Shown: positions 17,802 to 28,782, counted from the first letter of the stretch. The stretch: DNA of 64,000 nt from Candidatus Woesearchaeota archaeon (GCA_046705145.1 JBJKQO010000027.1:14852-78851), one strand, 5' to 3'. The notes: generated from the sequence alone by a model not told the origin. Numbers and translations are program-made.

Positions 17802-18832
17802 AAGTATGCTTATTATCACCTTATCCTCCTTATCCGAAAGGGATGACCCATTCAAAGTACCTTTTTGAAGAGCTGGAAAAGGTAGTCAAGACAGAAGTGT
17901 ATCCCTGGAACCATGACGGGTTATTCAGGAGGACGTTAAGCCCTTTTATCGAGTTCTTCCGCCTGAGAAGGGCGCTTAAGGAATATGACGTGATACACGT
18001 ACAGTACGCGCTTGCAAACTATATGGTGTTCTTCCTTCCTGTGCTTTGGGTCCTTAGGATAGGAACAAGAGCAAAGGTCATAATGACCACCCATGAGGAT
18101 TTTCGCAACCTTCCTGCAAGCTGGATCGTGATGGGATTCCATGACATATTCTACAATGCTGTCGATGAGCTGATCACGCACACTGAAGAGCATAAGGAGA
18201 TGCTGAGCGGGAGGCTGAAGAAGAAGACTGTCGTTATCGAGCATGGCATAATAGAGAGGGAAGTAAGGCGGGCTGAGAAGAAGGACACCGTGCTTCTTGC
18301 AGGGTTCATAAACCGGTGGAAAGGTCATGATGTTGCGGTAAAAGCGATCGCAGAAGTCAAGGAGAAGATACCTGATGTCAGGCTGATAATTGTCGGAAAG
18401 CCCCATGACAAAAAGTTTGCAGATGAGATCGACAGGCTGATAACTGATCTTGGCATCGAAAAAAACGTAGAAAGGCATTACGATTACGTTCCTGAAGAGA
18501 GATTCTTCGCGTTCTATCAGGAATCTACAATAGGCATCCTTCCTTATACAAGGATAACTATGTCAGGCATATTGTGCCATTTCATGAGCTGGCACCTTCC
18601 GGTGATAATGAGTGATATCGAGGCGTTTAGGGAGTTTTCTGAAGGCAACGGCTTGTTCGCAAAGATGGGGGATTCTCATGAGCTTGCAGAAAAGATCATA
18701 TATGCCCTTGAGAGCAAAGAGTGGAGGGATAGGGTAAGCAGGAGTTATGCTGAGTTCGCAAAGAGGTACAGCTGGAAGATGATAGCAGAAAGGACAGTCA
18801 GGGAGTATGAGAAGCTGGCTGAAAAAAGATGA
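17798..18832 (+). CDS. glycosyltransferase family 4
   Basis: 344 aa. GT-B C-terminal motifs (NRWKGHD ... LIIVGKP ... E). Confidence 0.7.
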   Translation: MKVCLLSPYPPYPKGMTHSKYLFEELEKVVKTEVYPWNHDGLFRRTLSPFIEFFRLRRALKEYDVIHVQYALANYMVFFLPVLWVLRIGTRAKVIMTTHEDFRNLPASWIVMGFHDIFYNAVDELITHTEEHKEMLSGRLKKKTVVIEHGIIEREVRRAEKKDTVLLAGFINRWKGHDVAVKAIAEVKEKIPDVRLIIVGKPHDKKFADEIDRLITDLGIEKNVERHYDYVPEERFFAFYQESTIGILPYTRITMSGILCHFMSWHLPVIMSDIEAFREFSEGNGLFAKMGDSHELAEKIIYALESKEWRDRVSRSYAEFAKRYSWKMIAERTVREYEKLAEKR

Positions 18833-19995
18833 AGCCGCTAAAGATCGCGATGATAGTTGACCACTTCAATCCGCAGGTCCATGGCAGCCATGAGTATCAT
18901 CTCACAAAAGAGCTGATTGCTATGGGCCACAAGGTGACGATAATCACTTCTGACAGGAACACGAGATGGGGTGCAGTCACAAGAAAAGATATGAAAAAAA
19001 GGTTTCCCACGGGAAAAAGCAGCTATGAGGGGATGCCTCTTGTCAGGCTCAAAGCTGCAGTTGAGATAGTGAACGTGCCTGTGATCCCAGGGCTTTACAG
19101 CTTTCTCATGAAAAACGATTTTGACATAATACACTCCCATGAGTATTTTGTATATACCAGCTATTCTGCAGCAAGGGCTGCAAGGTCAAAAGGAGTGCAT
19201 TTCATATTCACAAATTCAGGGTACAAGCGCTCAGACAGGTTCTTCTGGAAGCATGTCTATAGGCTTGCTGAAAACATCATCGGAAAAAAAGTTGTCAGCC
19301 AGGCTGACAAGATAATCTCCCTGACAAAGCAGGGAAAAGATTTCCTTGTGGAGTTTGGTGCGAAAGAAGAGAGGATCGAGATCACTCCTACTGGCGTGAA
19401 CACGGAAAAGTTCAGGCCTGGTATAGAAAGCGTTCTCAAGACAAAGCATAACATCTCAGGAAATGTCATCCTTTGCTGCGCAAGGCTTATCGAAAACAAA
19501 GGACAGCACGTGCTGATAGAGGCGTTCAGGAAAATAAAGGTTGAGGTAAGCGATGCGAAGCTCGTGTTTGTAGGAAAAGGAGAAGATGAGAAAAAGCTTA
19601 AAGAGCTTGCAAATGATATCAAGGATGTTTTCTTCCTCGGAGCTTTTGGCTATGAGGACATGCCTTCTGTCTACAATGGAGCAGACGTGTTCTGCCTGCC
19701 GACAGTCTATGAGGAGCCTTTTGGAAACGTGATAGTTGAGAGCGCGGCGTGCGGCGTGCCTGCAGTAGGCTCGTCTGTTGGTGGGATAAAAGAGACGATA
19801 AAAGAAGGGTTTTCAGGGTTTCATGTCAAGCCTGACATCCCTAAAGTCCTCGCAGAAAAGCTTATCCTTCTTCTTAAGGATGAGGCACTAAGGAAGACTA
19901 TGGGGAAACAGGCAAGAGAGCGCGCAGAAAAGGAATACTCCTGGAAGATCATAGCTGAGAAGACATCAAGGATATATGAGGAAATGCTAAGATGA
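18829..19995 (+). CDS. glycosyltransferase family 4
   Basis: 388 aa. ENKGQHVLIEAF, LVFVGKGEDE, EPFGNVIVESAACGVPAV GT4 signature. Confidence 0.8.
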   Translation: MKPLKIAMIVDHFNPQVHGSHEYHLTKELIAMGHKVTIITSDRNTRWGAVTRKDMKKRFPTGKSSYEGMPLVRLKAAVEIVNVPVIPGLYSFLMKNDFDIIHSHEYFVYTSYSAARAARSKGVHFIFTNSGYKRSDRFFWKHVYRLAENIIGKKVVSQADKIISLTKQGKDFLVEFGAKEERIEITPTGVNTEKFRPGIESVLKTKHNISGNVILCCARLIENKGQHVLIEAFRKIKVEVSDAKLVFVGKGEDEKKLKELANDIKDVFFLGAFGYEDMPSVYNGADVFCLPTVYEEPFGNVIVESAACGVPAVGSSVGGIKETIKEGFSGFHVKPDIPKVLAEKLILLLKDEALRKTMGKQARERAEKEYSWKIIAEKTSRIYEEMLR

Positions 19996-21005
19996 GAAAG
20001 CCAAGGGTATCGATAGTGATCCTGACATGGAACCAGGTGAGATACACTCTTGACTGCCTGAAAAGCGTCTACGGCCAGGACTACAAAGATTTTGAGATCA
20101 TAGTTGTCGATAACGCATCAACAGATGATACTGTAAAGAGGCTACGTGGCAGGTTCATAAAGGCGAGGATAATACAGAACAAGAAGAACAGGGGCTTCGC
20201 GGAGGGCAACAACATTGGTGTAAGGGCTGCAAAAGGGGAACTTGTCGTACTTTTGAACAATGATACGATAGTTGACAAGAGGTGGTTGAGCGAGCTCGTG
20301 GCTTTTATGGACAAGGAAAAGACGACTGCGATAGCGATGTCTAAGATATATGACAAGTACTGCAAAAAGGAGTTCTCATTCGATTATGAGACCATAAACC
20401 CACTAGGCTATCCCATCCGGTTCAGGTTTGACAAGAAGAAAGAAAACTGGCCTTTCTGGGCGAAGGGGTGCTCGCTTATATTCAGGAAGGATGTTGTAGG
20501 TGAACCTTTTGACAAGGACTATTTTCTTTATGCCGAGGACACTTATCTTTCATGGAAGACAAGGATCCGCGGGTTCAAGCTGAAGCTTTGTGAGCCCTCG
20601 ATAGTATATCACGTCGGGGAAGCATCATCAAAAAACATAAGGTCGATGAAGAACTATTACATGGAAAAGAACCGTTTTACTAATTTTCTGCTTTTTTATA
20701 ATGCAAAAAACATATTTTTCCTTATGCCATGGATGCTGTTCTCAGCCATATTCCATAACATCTATGACATAAAAAATGCAGGATATAGGTTTAAGGGATA
20801 TTTCTGGAACATAAGTAACTTCAGCACAATAATGAAAAAAAGGAAAAAGATCCAAAAGAGCAGGGAAGTTGGAGACAGGGCAATCACAAGATACATGAGC
20901 CTGAAGTTTTTCGACGAGACATCGATAAAAGGGGTGCTTTGGAAACCGTTCATATACGTTTTGAACCTGATTTTCTGGACTTATTGCAGGCTCGTGTTCT
21001 TGTGA
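19992..21005 (+). CDS. glycosyltransferase family 2
   Basis: VSIVILTWNQ ... IIVVDNASTDDT ... GCSLIFRK: GT-A DxD-type motifs. Confidence 0.8.
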   Translation: MRKPRVSIVILTWNQVRYTLDCLKSVYGQDYKDFEIIVVDNASTDDTVKRLRGRFIKARIIQNKKNRGFAEGNNIGVRAAKGELVVLLNNDTIVDKRWLSELVAFMDKEKTTAIAMSKIYDKYCKKEFSFDYETINPLGYPIRFRFDKKKENWPFWAKGCSLIFRKDVVGEPFDKDYFLYAEDTYLSWKTRIRGFKLKLCEPSIVYHVGEASSKNIRSMKNYYMEKNRFTNFLLFYNAKNIFFLMPWMLFSAIFHNIYDIKNAGYRFKGYFWNISNFSTIMKKRKKIQKSREVGDRAITRYMSLKFFDETSIKGVLWKPFIYVLNLIFWTYCRLVFL

Positions 21006-21097
21006 AAAAAAAGATTCACCACGATATTTCTTATTAGGGGCCAATAGATAACAAAAATGCACTAGAAAGATATATAAACGATCATATTTTTAGCCAG

Positions 21098-22078
21098 ATG
21101 ATGGATTGCCCTATCTGCAAGTCAAAAAATGCTAAAAAGAGATATGAAAAGTTCCCTGGTTATATAGAAGGGACAGCATATGACATATTTGAATGCAAAG
21201 AATGCGACACCCAGTTCATCTCTCCTGAAAAGATAGACAAAAAAGTCTATGATCTGATCTACTCGCAGAAAAATACTCCAGGGTATGAAAGGTACTTCAG
21301 GTATGCAAGAGATGTGAAAAAACAAAGGTCCCCCTTAAAGTTTCTTTCCCAAAAAGAATCTACTTATTTCCCGGTCTATTCATTCTTAAAAAATAAAAAA
21401 CCTGGGCTTAAGATACTTGAGGTAGGATGCAGCTATGGGTACCTTACTTACAGCCTCAACAGGATGGGCCACAGGGCAAAAGGGATAGATATCTCAAAAG
21501 AGGCCATAGGATTTGCAAGATCCCAATTCGGGGAATACTTTGAGGTGTCAGACCTGAAGGATTACAAGGATGAAAAAAAGTTTGACCTGATAATAGCGAC
21601 TGAACTGATAGAGCATCTTCCTGATCCTGTCGGATTCGTGCAAAAATGCAAGGGCCTGCTGGAAAAAGAAGGCAGGATCATCATCACCACGCCTAACAAG
21701 GATTACAACGGGGATGCTGTATGGAAGACTGATCTGCCTCCTGTACATACTGTTTGGCTGAGCAGGAAAAGTTTTGAGAAGATGGCAAAGATGCACGGGC
21801 TAAGGTACGATTTTACAGACATGTCAGGTTATGTTTCAAACAGTGAGAACCAGCTTGTAAACCTCCTGTTTTCCAGGAAGAAAAGTATTCCGGGGCATGT
21901 TCTGGACAGGAAAGGGGGCATAAAGCAGGAGTGGATGGTCAGGTCTGAACCCTTGTCAAGGAAGCTTGTCAAAAAAATCATATTTTGGGCTCCTGTAAGA
22001 TATTCTTCACATCTTTTGTGCAGGGTGATAAACCCTCAAAGCCAGACCTTAGGAGTTGTCCTAAAAAAGAGCTGGTAA
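21098..22078 (+). CDS. class I SAM-dependent methyltransferase with an N-terminal zinc ribbon
   Basis: CPICKS..CKECD zinc ribbon. LEVGCSYGYLT SAM motif I; DLIIATELIEHL motif. Confidence 0.75.
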   Translation: MMDCPICKSKNAKKRYEKFPGYIEGTAYDIFECKECDTQFISPEKIDKKVYDLIYSQKNTPGYERYFRYARDVKKQRSPLKFLSQKESTYFPVYSFLKNKKPGLKILEVGCSYGYLTYSLNRMGHRAKGIDISKEAIGFARSQFGEYFEVSDLKDYKDEKKFDLIIATELIEHLPDPVGFVQKCKGLLEKEGRIIITTPNKDYNGDAVWKTDLPPVHTVWLSRKSFEKMAKMHGLRYDFTDMSGYVSNSENQLVNLLFSRKKSIPGHVLDRKGGIKQEWMVRSEPLSRKLVKKIIFWAPVRYSSHLLCRVINPQSQTLGVVLKKSW

Positions 22079-22100
22079 CCTACGATATCCTCTTCTTATT

Positions 22101-23591
22101 TCAGAATATTTTTGCAAATATCTCCCTAATCTCTCTTATTGATGTTATCTTAAGTGCAAAAAGCAAAAGGGAATATACTCCTCCTCCGAAAGCCAGGCAT
22201 ATCAGCGTTTTTGGGATCAAAGGAAGGCTTATTGCCTGCATCACAAGATATGTTGTGGCAGCAGTCAAAAGCGAGACAAGAGATATCTTTATCCAGTTTG
22301 TCCACGGCTGGTTGAACCCTACGAGCTTGTTGAGCTTGACTGTAGACACGACAAACACTACAAAAAATATGAGTGATGTTCCGAATGCTGCACCGTTCAT
22401 CCCGAAAAAAGGGATAAGGATTATGTTAAGCAATATGTTTGCAAGCCCTGCAGTAAGCGTTATCTTCATGTTTATCTTAGGATGGCCTGTACCTGCGATG
22501 ACCTGAAAGTTTATGAGGGATATCGCATAAAAAAGCCCCCCTACTGAAAGTATGGAAAGTGTCAGTGCAGCAGGCGCATATTCTGGTGTGTAAAGCAGGG
22601 TCATTATGGATGTTGAGAAGACGACGAAGAAAATGGTGATCGGAGCTGTCAGTATGAACACGTTCTTGTGTATGGAAAACATCAGCCTCGCAAGGACTTT
22701 TTTCTCTTTTTTTGCCCACAGCTCTGAAGACAGAGGAAGTATCATCATCGCTGCGGCGGATGCGACAAACCACACTAGGTTTGATGCTGGCTGGGCTGCC
22801 TGATACAAGCCAACATCATTGAAGCTTGTCATTATCGTGAGGATTATGGTGTCGCTGTAAGATATTATGAATGTGTATGTTAAGGCCAGCATGTTGAATA
22901 TCCCAAAAGAAAACATCTCCCTTATCATCTTCTTGTCAACTGCTGTCTTGAACTTGAAAAATCCCTTGAATATCACCTTTGACAATACTGGCAGGTAAAA
23001 CATCGGCAGTATCACGTATGTCAGGATGTACGCCCAAAGCGGAGCAAAAAGCCCAAGGCCCATCTTGAGGAAGATCAGTGAAAAGATAAGCACAAAGGAC
23101 ATCCTGACAAAGGCTTCGCTTGAAAACCATCCCATCCTTTGGGAGCCTTGTATCGCATATGTTATTATCTCCTGCGCGAACGAGACGAAAAAGAACAGCG
23201 CAAGCAGCTTGACAAATCCTGAAAGCGCGATATCCTTGAAATATAGTGATGCTATCATGTCAGAAAACAGGATCATTATCCCAAAAACGACGAGGGATAT
23301 CGCAAGATGGACGTATGCGACAGAATATACTACTCCCTTGACTCTTCCTCGCTGTTTTTTTGCGATAAATTCCGGTATGAACTTGACAAGGGCATGCCTT
23401 AGGCCAAGATCCCTCACTATAGTTATCAGAAAGGAAAAAAGTGCTATCGCAGAATAGAATATGCCGTATTCCGAAAGCGTGAGCTTTCTTGCTAGCACCA
23501 TCCTGAGGATGTATGTCACGACCATCGAAAAGAACAGCATCCCAAATACCATCGCAGTGTTCTTTACCGCCTTCCTGCTGTAATCCGCCAT
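22101..23591 (-). CDS. polysaccharide biosynthesis protein / oligosaccharide flippase (Wzx-like, MOP superfamily)
   Basis: 496 aa, about 14 TM helices, typical Wzx/RfbX topology and length. Confidence 0.75.
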   Translation of the reverse strand: MADYSRKAVKNTAMVFGMLFFSMVVTYILRMVLARKLTLSEYGIFYSAIALFSFLITIVRDLGLRHALVKFIPEFIAKKQRGRVKGVVYSVAYVHLAISLVVFGIMILFSDMIASLYFKDIALSGFVKLLALFFFVSFAQEIITYAIQGSQRMGWFSSEAFVRMSFVLIFSLIFLKMGLGLFAPLWAYILTYVILPMFYLPVLSKVIFKGFFKFKTAVDKKMIREMFSFGIFNMLALTYTFIISYSDTIILTIMTSFNDVGLYQAAQPASNLVWFVASAAAMMILPLSSELWAKKEKKVLARLMFSIHKNVFILTAPITIFFVVFSTSIMTLLYTPEYAPAALTLSILSVGGLFYAISLINFQVIAGTGHPKINMKITLTAGLANILLNIILIPFFGMNGAAFGTSLIFFVVFVVSTVKLNKLVGFNQPWTNWIKISLVSLLTAATTYLVMQAISLPLIPKTLICLAFGGGVYSLLLFALKITSIREIREIFAKIF

Positions 23592-23668
23592 GATACGAAA
23601 GAAAAAAGAAAAAGGGTATTTAAACCAATCGGATTATTGTTTGATAAGGCTTAAAAATAGTTAATTGA

Positions 23669-25336
23669 TCATGTTTTTGCGATATTGTGGTAAAGCTCCA
23701 TCCCTGTTTCAGGATTGCTGTAGACAAGCTCCATCCTGTCAGAATGCCTTATCTCGTCAGCGAAATCTTCAGGCACGTGAAGAGAGGCCTGCACGAACTG
23801 CTGGTTTATGAGAACGTAATCTGCATGGTATGCGTTTGAGTATTCTTTGAGTCCGCTGTGAGAGTTTATGGCCGGCCTGCCAAGAACGTAATAGAATTCC
23901 TGCGCATTGTTCGTAAACACTGAACTGCCTTCAGGTATCATGGTTCTCATGCTGGAAAAATCCTGGTCATATTTGTGCCACTGCTGTGCTGCGCCGTAAT
24001 GGATAGCTGCTGTGCTTGCAGCGTAGCCAATCATGAGCAGGGCAAGTGCCGCAAATATAAGGTTCCTGTATCTTATCTTTTCTACCATCTCTATCCCTAA
24101 CGCCCAGAATATGCCTAAGGTCATGACTGCGGGCATGAAGTAACGCGGCACTATCTCTCCATACATGATTGTCGGAAGAATTAGGCCAACCACTAAGAAA
24201 AGTAAAAAAAACGAAAGTACGGTCTGGAAGCGCTGTTCTTTCAGTCTCATCCTGGATAACCCGAAAAAGAAAGGTACCATGTAAAGAAAGCATCCTATTA
24301 TCCAGATCGCGATCATAAGGTTTATGAAAGGGATGTTTAAGAACTTGAATGTTTCTATCCTTCCTGCAGGAAGCCCGAAAAACTGAAGCAGTCCGTTATA
24401 GGTCTCAAGCCTGAAAAAGTTGTCCAGTCCTGGGTGGGAATCGTACATGAGTGGCGTGAATTTTGCTGAATCCTTGAATATCGCTCCTGCATAAGGCCAT
24501 ATAGGATCTCCGAAATGGACGTATTGGAACAAGAAGTATGGCGCTCCGACAAGAAGCGTAATGGCAAGAAAGACAGCTGACCTTCTGGCGATAGTCAGTG
24601 CTTCATCCTTTTTTGGGAATGCAAATATGCCTTTTTTGGATGACTGGATCGCTATTATCGCAATTATAAGCGGTATCACCAATATCCCTGTCTCTTTTGC
24701 CAGTATGTTAAACCCTCCTGCCACCCCTGCAAGGATGTATCTTCCTTCAAGTGCGAAATAGGCTGCAAGCAGGAAAAGCATGACAAAGAATGTGTCAGAG
24801 TAAGGCTTTGCGTCAAAGTAAAGGTTTATCGGAAAGAAAGAACAAAACAGGGTGGTGTAAAAGGCTGTCTTCTCTGAGAACAGCTTTCTTGTTATGAGAA
24901 AAGTAAGTATAAGGCTTATGGTTCCTGAGACCGGCGAGACAAGCTTCATCATGAAGACTGCAAAGCCTTCTCCGAATAGTATGGATATCTTGTATACGAA
25001 AGCGACGGCTATGTTGAAAAGGAAAGGCTTTCCAAATACGTATCTTCCGACAGTGTCATAGACAGGTATCCTGTATGTCTCAGCGATAAACTTGGCAACT
25101 CCCAGGTGCCATGCCCCGTCAGATGAGGGGTAGACGATTACCGAGAATATCACCCTAAGAAGAAATGCGGCTATTATCATGTAGAGAGCAAGTTTTGCAT
25201 AGTCTCTTTTCCCCTTTTGGTTGGCCATGCATGATAAGATTACTTTTTTGTATTTATAGCTATCGTTTGGATTGGTTATCATATGGGTCACTGTTGAAAA
25301 ATTAGGTAGCATCAATTTGTGAGCTTCTTCAACCAA
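23669..25336 (-). CDS. GT-C fold membrane glycosyltransferase (ArnT/PMT-like)
   Basis: Multi-TM protein with an acidic first-loop motif (SSDGAWH). Probable true start is the internal ATG at 25228 (MANQKGK). Confidence 0.5.
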   Translation of the reverse strand: MVEEAHKLMLPNFSTVTHMITNPNDSYKYKKVILSCMANQKGKRDYAKLALYMIIAAFLLRVIFSVIVYPSSDGAWHLGVAKFIAETYRIPVYDTVGRYVFGKPFLFNIAVAFVYKISILFGEGFAVFMMKLVSPVSGTISLILTFLITRKLFSEKTAFYTTLFCSFFPINLYFDAKPYSDTFFVMLFLLAAYFALEGRYILAGVAGGFNILAKETGILVIPLIIAIIAIQSSKKGIFAFPKKDEALTIARRSAVFLAITLLVGAPYFLFQYVHFGDPIWPYAGAIFKDSAKFTPLMYDSHPGLDNFFRLETYNGLLQFFGLPAGRIETFKFLNIPFINLMIAIWIIGCFLYMVPFFFGLSRMRLKEQRFQTVLSFFLLFLVVGLILPTIMYGEIVPRYFMPAVMTLGIFWALGIEMVEKIRYRNLIFAALALLMIGYAASTAAIHYGAAQQWHKYDQDFSSMRTMIPEGSSVFTNNAQEFYYVLGRPAINSHSGLKEYSNAYHADYVLINQQFVQASLHVPEDFADEIRHSDRMELVYSNPETGMELYHNIAKT

Positions 25337-25496
25337 TATATTAAGGCCGACGAGGGGGGTCCCTTAAAAAAGCTGAGGCTTTTTTTAGTCCGCCAATCAT
25401 AATTGGCGACACTTACGGGGAAGTCGGCCATGAAAGACTAAGAAGCACAAGCGAACCTGATGCTACCCAAGGCGACAGCCGAGTTTTTCAACAGTG
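25289..25496 (+). mobile_element. Family-2 MITE-like element, copy 3
   Basis: Perfect 13-bp outer inverted repeat CACTGTTGAAAAA. Inner ends TTAGGTAGCATCAATTTGTGAGCTTC and GCACAAGCGAACCTGATGCTACC. Internal GGGGGGTCCC and GTCCGCCAATCATAATTGGCGAC palindrome. Confidence 0.6.
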
Positions 25497-25534
25497 TCCC
25501 CCCATATAAGAAACCTTTTTATACAAAGTAGGTT

Positions 25535-26539
25535 TTGCTCTGCTTAATGAGAAAAAAAGCTATTGTTACTGGAGGTGCGGGGTTTATCGGCTCGCATATG
25601 GTTGAGCTGCTCCTAAAAGAAGGGTTTGAAGTGATAGTGATAGATGACATGTCCAACGGGCAGTGGGATAACGTAAAGCTGTTTGACAGGAACCCTAAGT
25701 ACAAGTTTGTGGAGCAGGACATATCAGAGGATTTTGATGACTCGATATTTAAGGATACGATGTACGTTTTTCATATGGCCGGGCTTGCAGACATAGTGCC
25801 TTCCATCGAAAGGCCGCTTGATTATCATAAGGCTAATGTCACAGGGACCATCAAGGTACTTGAGGCATCAAGAAAGCACGGGGTGAAAAAGCTCGTATAC
25901 AGCGCTTCTTCATCCTGTTACGGCATCCCTGACAATTATCCTACAAAAGAGACTGATGAGATAAGGCCTCAGTACCCTTATGCTTTCACGAAGTACGTGG
26001 CGGAAGAATACGTGCTGTTCTGGGGGAAGCTTTACGATCTTCCTGTCGTTTCCCTGAGGTACTTCAATGGTTATGGGACGAGGGCGAGGACAAACAACAC
26101 TTACGGCGCGGTCTTTAAGGTGTTTCTTAAGCAGAAGCTTGAAGGCCATCCTCTGACTATAGTCGGTGATGGTACCCAGACTAGGGATTTTGTCTATGTG
26201 ACAGATATCGTAAGGGCAAACTTCATGGCAGCAGAGTCTGGTGTCAAAGGAGAAGTGTTTAACATAGGCACAGGGAACCCTCAGTCAGTAAACTATCTTG
26301 CAAGACTGATCGGCGGGCCGACAGTGAACATCCCTAAGCGACCTGGAGAGCCTGACTCGACCCATGCAGACATAACAAAAGCAAAAAAGATGCTTGGTTG
26401 GGAGCCTAAGGTAAAGTTTGAGGAAGGCGTGAAAATAATGCTTGACCATATCGATTACTGGAAAGATGCCCCTTTGTTCACAGTCAAAGACATAGAAAGA
26501 GAGACCAAGGCCTGGTTTGAGTATCTTGACAGGAAATAG
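25535..26539 (+). CDS. NAD-dependent epimerase/dehydratase (UDP-sugar 4-epimerase / UDP-glucuronate decarboxylase-like)
   Basis: IVTGGAGFIGSH Rossmann motif, and YxxxK in YAFTKYVAE. Confidence 0.85.
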   Translation: MLCLMRKKAIVTGGAGFIGSHMVELLLKEGFEVIVIDDMSNGQWDNVKLFDRNPKYKFVEQDISEDFDDSIFKDTMYVFHMAGLADIVPSIERPLDYHKANVTGTIKVLEASRKHGVKKLVYSASSSCYGIPDNYPTKETDEIRPQYPYAFTKYVAEEYVLFWGKLYDLPVVSLRYFNGYGTRARTNNTYGAVFKVFLKQKLEGHPLTIVGDGTQTRDFVYVTDIVRANFMAAESGVKGEVFNIGTGNPQSVNYLARLIGGPTVNIPKRPGEPDSTHADITKAKKMLGWEPKVKFEEGVKIMLDHIDYWKDAPLFTVKDIERETKAWFEYLDRK

Positions 26540-26638
26540 CTAAATCGGCGTTTTTTGCTTGATTTGATTCATAATATATATAAATAAACAGAGAATCTGT
26601 ATTTGATGCATATAAAAAGTGTTTTAAGGGGATGATAG

Positions 26639-27706
26639 ATGAAAGCTGAAGACATACTTGAGACAAATGACAGTATATTAAGGTATCTCAAGAAGATTAA
26701 GGAAAAATACAGCCTGGACCAGATAAGACAGGTTTTTGAAAACCTAAAAAAGATTGATGTTGTCGTGATAGGTGACACGATAATAGACGAGTACAGGTTC
26801 ACGATCCCAAAAGGCAGGGCTGCAAAGGACCCTATAATGTCTCTTGATTTTAAGAGGAGCGAAAAATACGCCGGAGGCATACTTGCCGTGACCAACCACA
26901 TCGCCGGATTTGTCAATTCTGTGCATCTCATAACTGTGCTTGGAGAACAGATGAGAGAAGAAGGGCTTATCAGGAAATCTCTTAAGAGCAATGTAAAACC
27001 TATATTTTTCACAAAAAAGGATTCTCCTACAGTCAATAAGACAAGGTATGTCGATGACGTAAGGAAAGGCAAGCTTTTCAAGGTAGAATACATGAATGAT
27101 CTTCCGCTTGAAAAAGATATGGAAGATAAGATTATCGCACACATGAAAGATGTCCTTCCAAGATATGATATGGTTGTCGTGGGAGATTTTGGCCACGGGT
27201 TCATAAGCAACAGGATGGCAAGGGAGATCGAGGAAAATTCAAGGTTTCTTGCTGCAAACGTCCAGACTAACAGCGCAAACATAGGTTACAACTACATAAC
27301 AAGGTACAAGAAGGTCGATTACCTGACGACAAATGAGAGCGAGGTCAGGCTTGCGATGTCAGACAAGTTCGGAAGCTTAAAAGAAGTCATAAAGAAGATC
27401 CAGGAAAGGACAAGCTTCAAGAACTTTATCCTGACGATGGGCGGTGAAGGCGCGCTTTATGTGAAAGACAAGAAGGTGTTTGAGGGTCCTGGACTGACAA
27501 GGAAGACAAAAGATGTTGTGGGCGCAGGAGATGCCCTGTTTGCGGTGTCTTCTCTTCTTGAGAAGGAAGGGCTTGAAGGAGATCTTATAGTCTTTTTGTC
27601 AAACTGCGTGGGGGCTATAGCAGTAAACATCATGGGCAACAAGGAAAGCGTAAGAAAGGATGATCTTATGGAATTTATAGAAGGTGTTTATGATGCCGTG
27701 GAATAA
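26639..27706 (+). CDS. PfkB-family sugar kinase (D-glycero-beta-D-manno-heptose-7-phosphate kinase, HldE domain-I-like)
   Basis: VVVIGDTIIDEY N-terminal motif and DVVGAGDALFAV anion-hole motif. Adjacent to the gmhA-like gene. Confidence 0.7.
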   Translation: MKAEDILETNDSILRYLKKIKEKYSLDQIRQVFENLKKIDVVVIGDTIIDEYRFTIPKGRAAKDPIMSLDFKRSEKYAGGILAVTNHIAGFVNSVHLITVLGEQMREEGLIRKSLKSNVKPIFFTKKDSPTVNKTRYVDDVRKGKLFKVEYMNDLPLEKDMEDKIIAHMKDVLPRYDMVVVGDFGHGFISNRMAREIEENSRFLAANVQTNSANIGYNYITRYKKVDYLTTNESEVRLAMSDKFGSLKEVIKKIQERTSFKNFILTMGGEGALYVKDKKVFEGPGLTRKTKDVVGAGDALFAVSSLLEKEGLEGDLIVFLSNCVGAIAVNIMGNKESVRKDDLMEFIEGVYDAVE

Positions 27707-28247
27707 TTATAAGGAAAAGATCGTTCAGGCTCTTGACATATTTGAGTTTGACGACAAGATGCTTGACGTGCTTAAGAACTCCGTGAAGAACAACCAGCGC
27801 ATATTCATCGCTGGAAACGGAGGGAGCGCAGCTATTGCCATGCATTATGTCTGCGATTTCTCAAAGGGCGCTAATCAGGATTGGCAGAAGAACTTTGAGA
27901 GGTATAAGGCGATATGCCTTTCAAGCAACCTGGGCTACATGACTGCCATATCAAATGACGAGCATTATGAGGACGTGTTCCGCCAGCAGCTTGTGAACCT
28001 TGCTGCGCCAAATGATATCCTTATCCTGATATCCTCTTCTGGAAACAGCCCTAACATAATAAAGGCGATAGAGTATGCAAGAGAGATAGGTATGATCGTC
28101 ATAGGCATAAGCGGATTTGATGGTGGGAAGCTGAAGAAGATGTCAGATTACAGCGCACATGTCAATTTCCCTTCATATGAGGTATGTGAGGATATCCATT
28201 CTATATTCGGGCATTTTCTTGCTTGCTATCTCAGGGAGACTGTTTGA
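27684..28247 (+). CDS. gmhA: SIS-domain phosphoheptose isomerase
   Basis: 187 aa. IFIAGNGGSAAIAMHYVCDF SIS signature with GmhA-like length. Confidence 0.8.
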   Translation: MFMMPWNNYKEKIVQALDIFEFDDKMLDVLKNSVKNNQRIFIAGNGGSAAIAMHYVCDFSKGANQDWQKNFERYKAICLSSNLGYMTAISNDEHYEDVFRQQLVNLAAPNDILILISSSGNSPNIIKAIEYAREIGMIVIGISGFDGGKLKKMSDYSAHVNFPSYEVCEDIHSIFGHFLACYLRETV

Positions 28248-28305
28248 TAATATACCGAATATCATATATGTAGATATAGAAAATTTAGAAAACTGAGATT
28301 AAGTT

Positions 28306-28782
28306 CTATCCCCTATCCTTCTTCAGGCTGATGAAAGCCGGGCCTTTTTTCTTGTATGATTCGAGTATTGCCTCTTTTGCTTCCTTTCCGTCTTTTGGGA
28401 AGTATGACTTGATGTTCTTGAACATCTTCATCATGTAGGGTGCGTCTATCTCTGCGTGTGTCGGTCCCTGTGTGGGGTAGTCTGCGTATCCGACAAGCTT
28501 TACGTTCACGTTCTGCTGGTCGATGTCAAGCTTTACCTGCTCAAATGGCCTTTCTATGAGGAAAGGTGTTATCGTGTATACGTAAGGCTTGAGGCCTTCA
28601 AGAGCCATTCCAGCAGCTGCTCCTATCATAGCCTGCTCGCATATGCCGAAGTTGAAGAATCGGTCAGGGAACTTTTCAGCAAACTCGTCAACTACCTTGT
28701 ATCCGAAATCTCCGATCAAGAGGACTATCTTGTCATCCTTTTCTGCAAGTTCTGTTATTGTTTTTCCGAACGTGTGCCGCAT
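28306..28782 (-). CDS. transketolase C-terminal-section protein, pyrimidine-binding domain only (truncated relative to typical subunits)
   Basis: 158 aa. FNFGICEQAMIGAAAGMALEG and GPTH motifs. The usual ~120-aa TK_C domain is missing. Confidence 0.65.
   Translation of the reverse strand: MRHTFGKTITELAEKDDKIVLLIGDFGYKVVDEFAEKFPDRFFNFGICEQAMIGAAAGMALEGLKPYVYTITPFLIERPFEQVKLDIDQQNVNVKLVGYADYPTQGPTHAEIDAPYMMKMFKNIKSYFPKDGKEAKEAILESYKKKGPAFISLKKDRG

Noticed and set aside
26569-27282. 237-aa minus-strand ORF
   Set aside because: Antisense to the PfkB-family kinase, whose motifs are clear on the plus strand.
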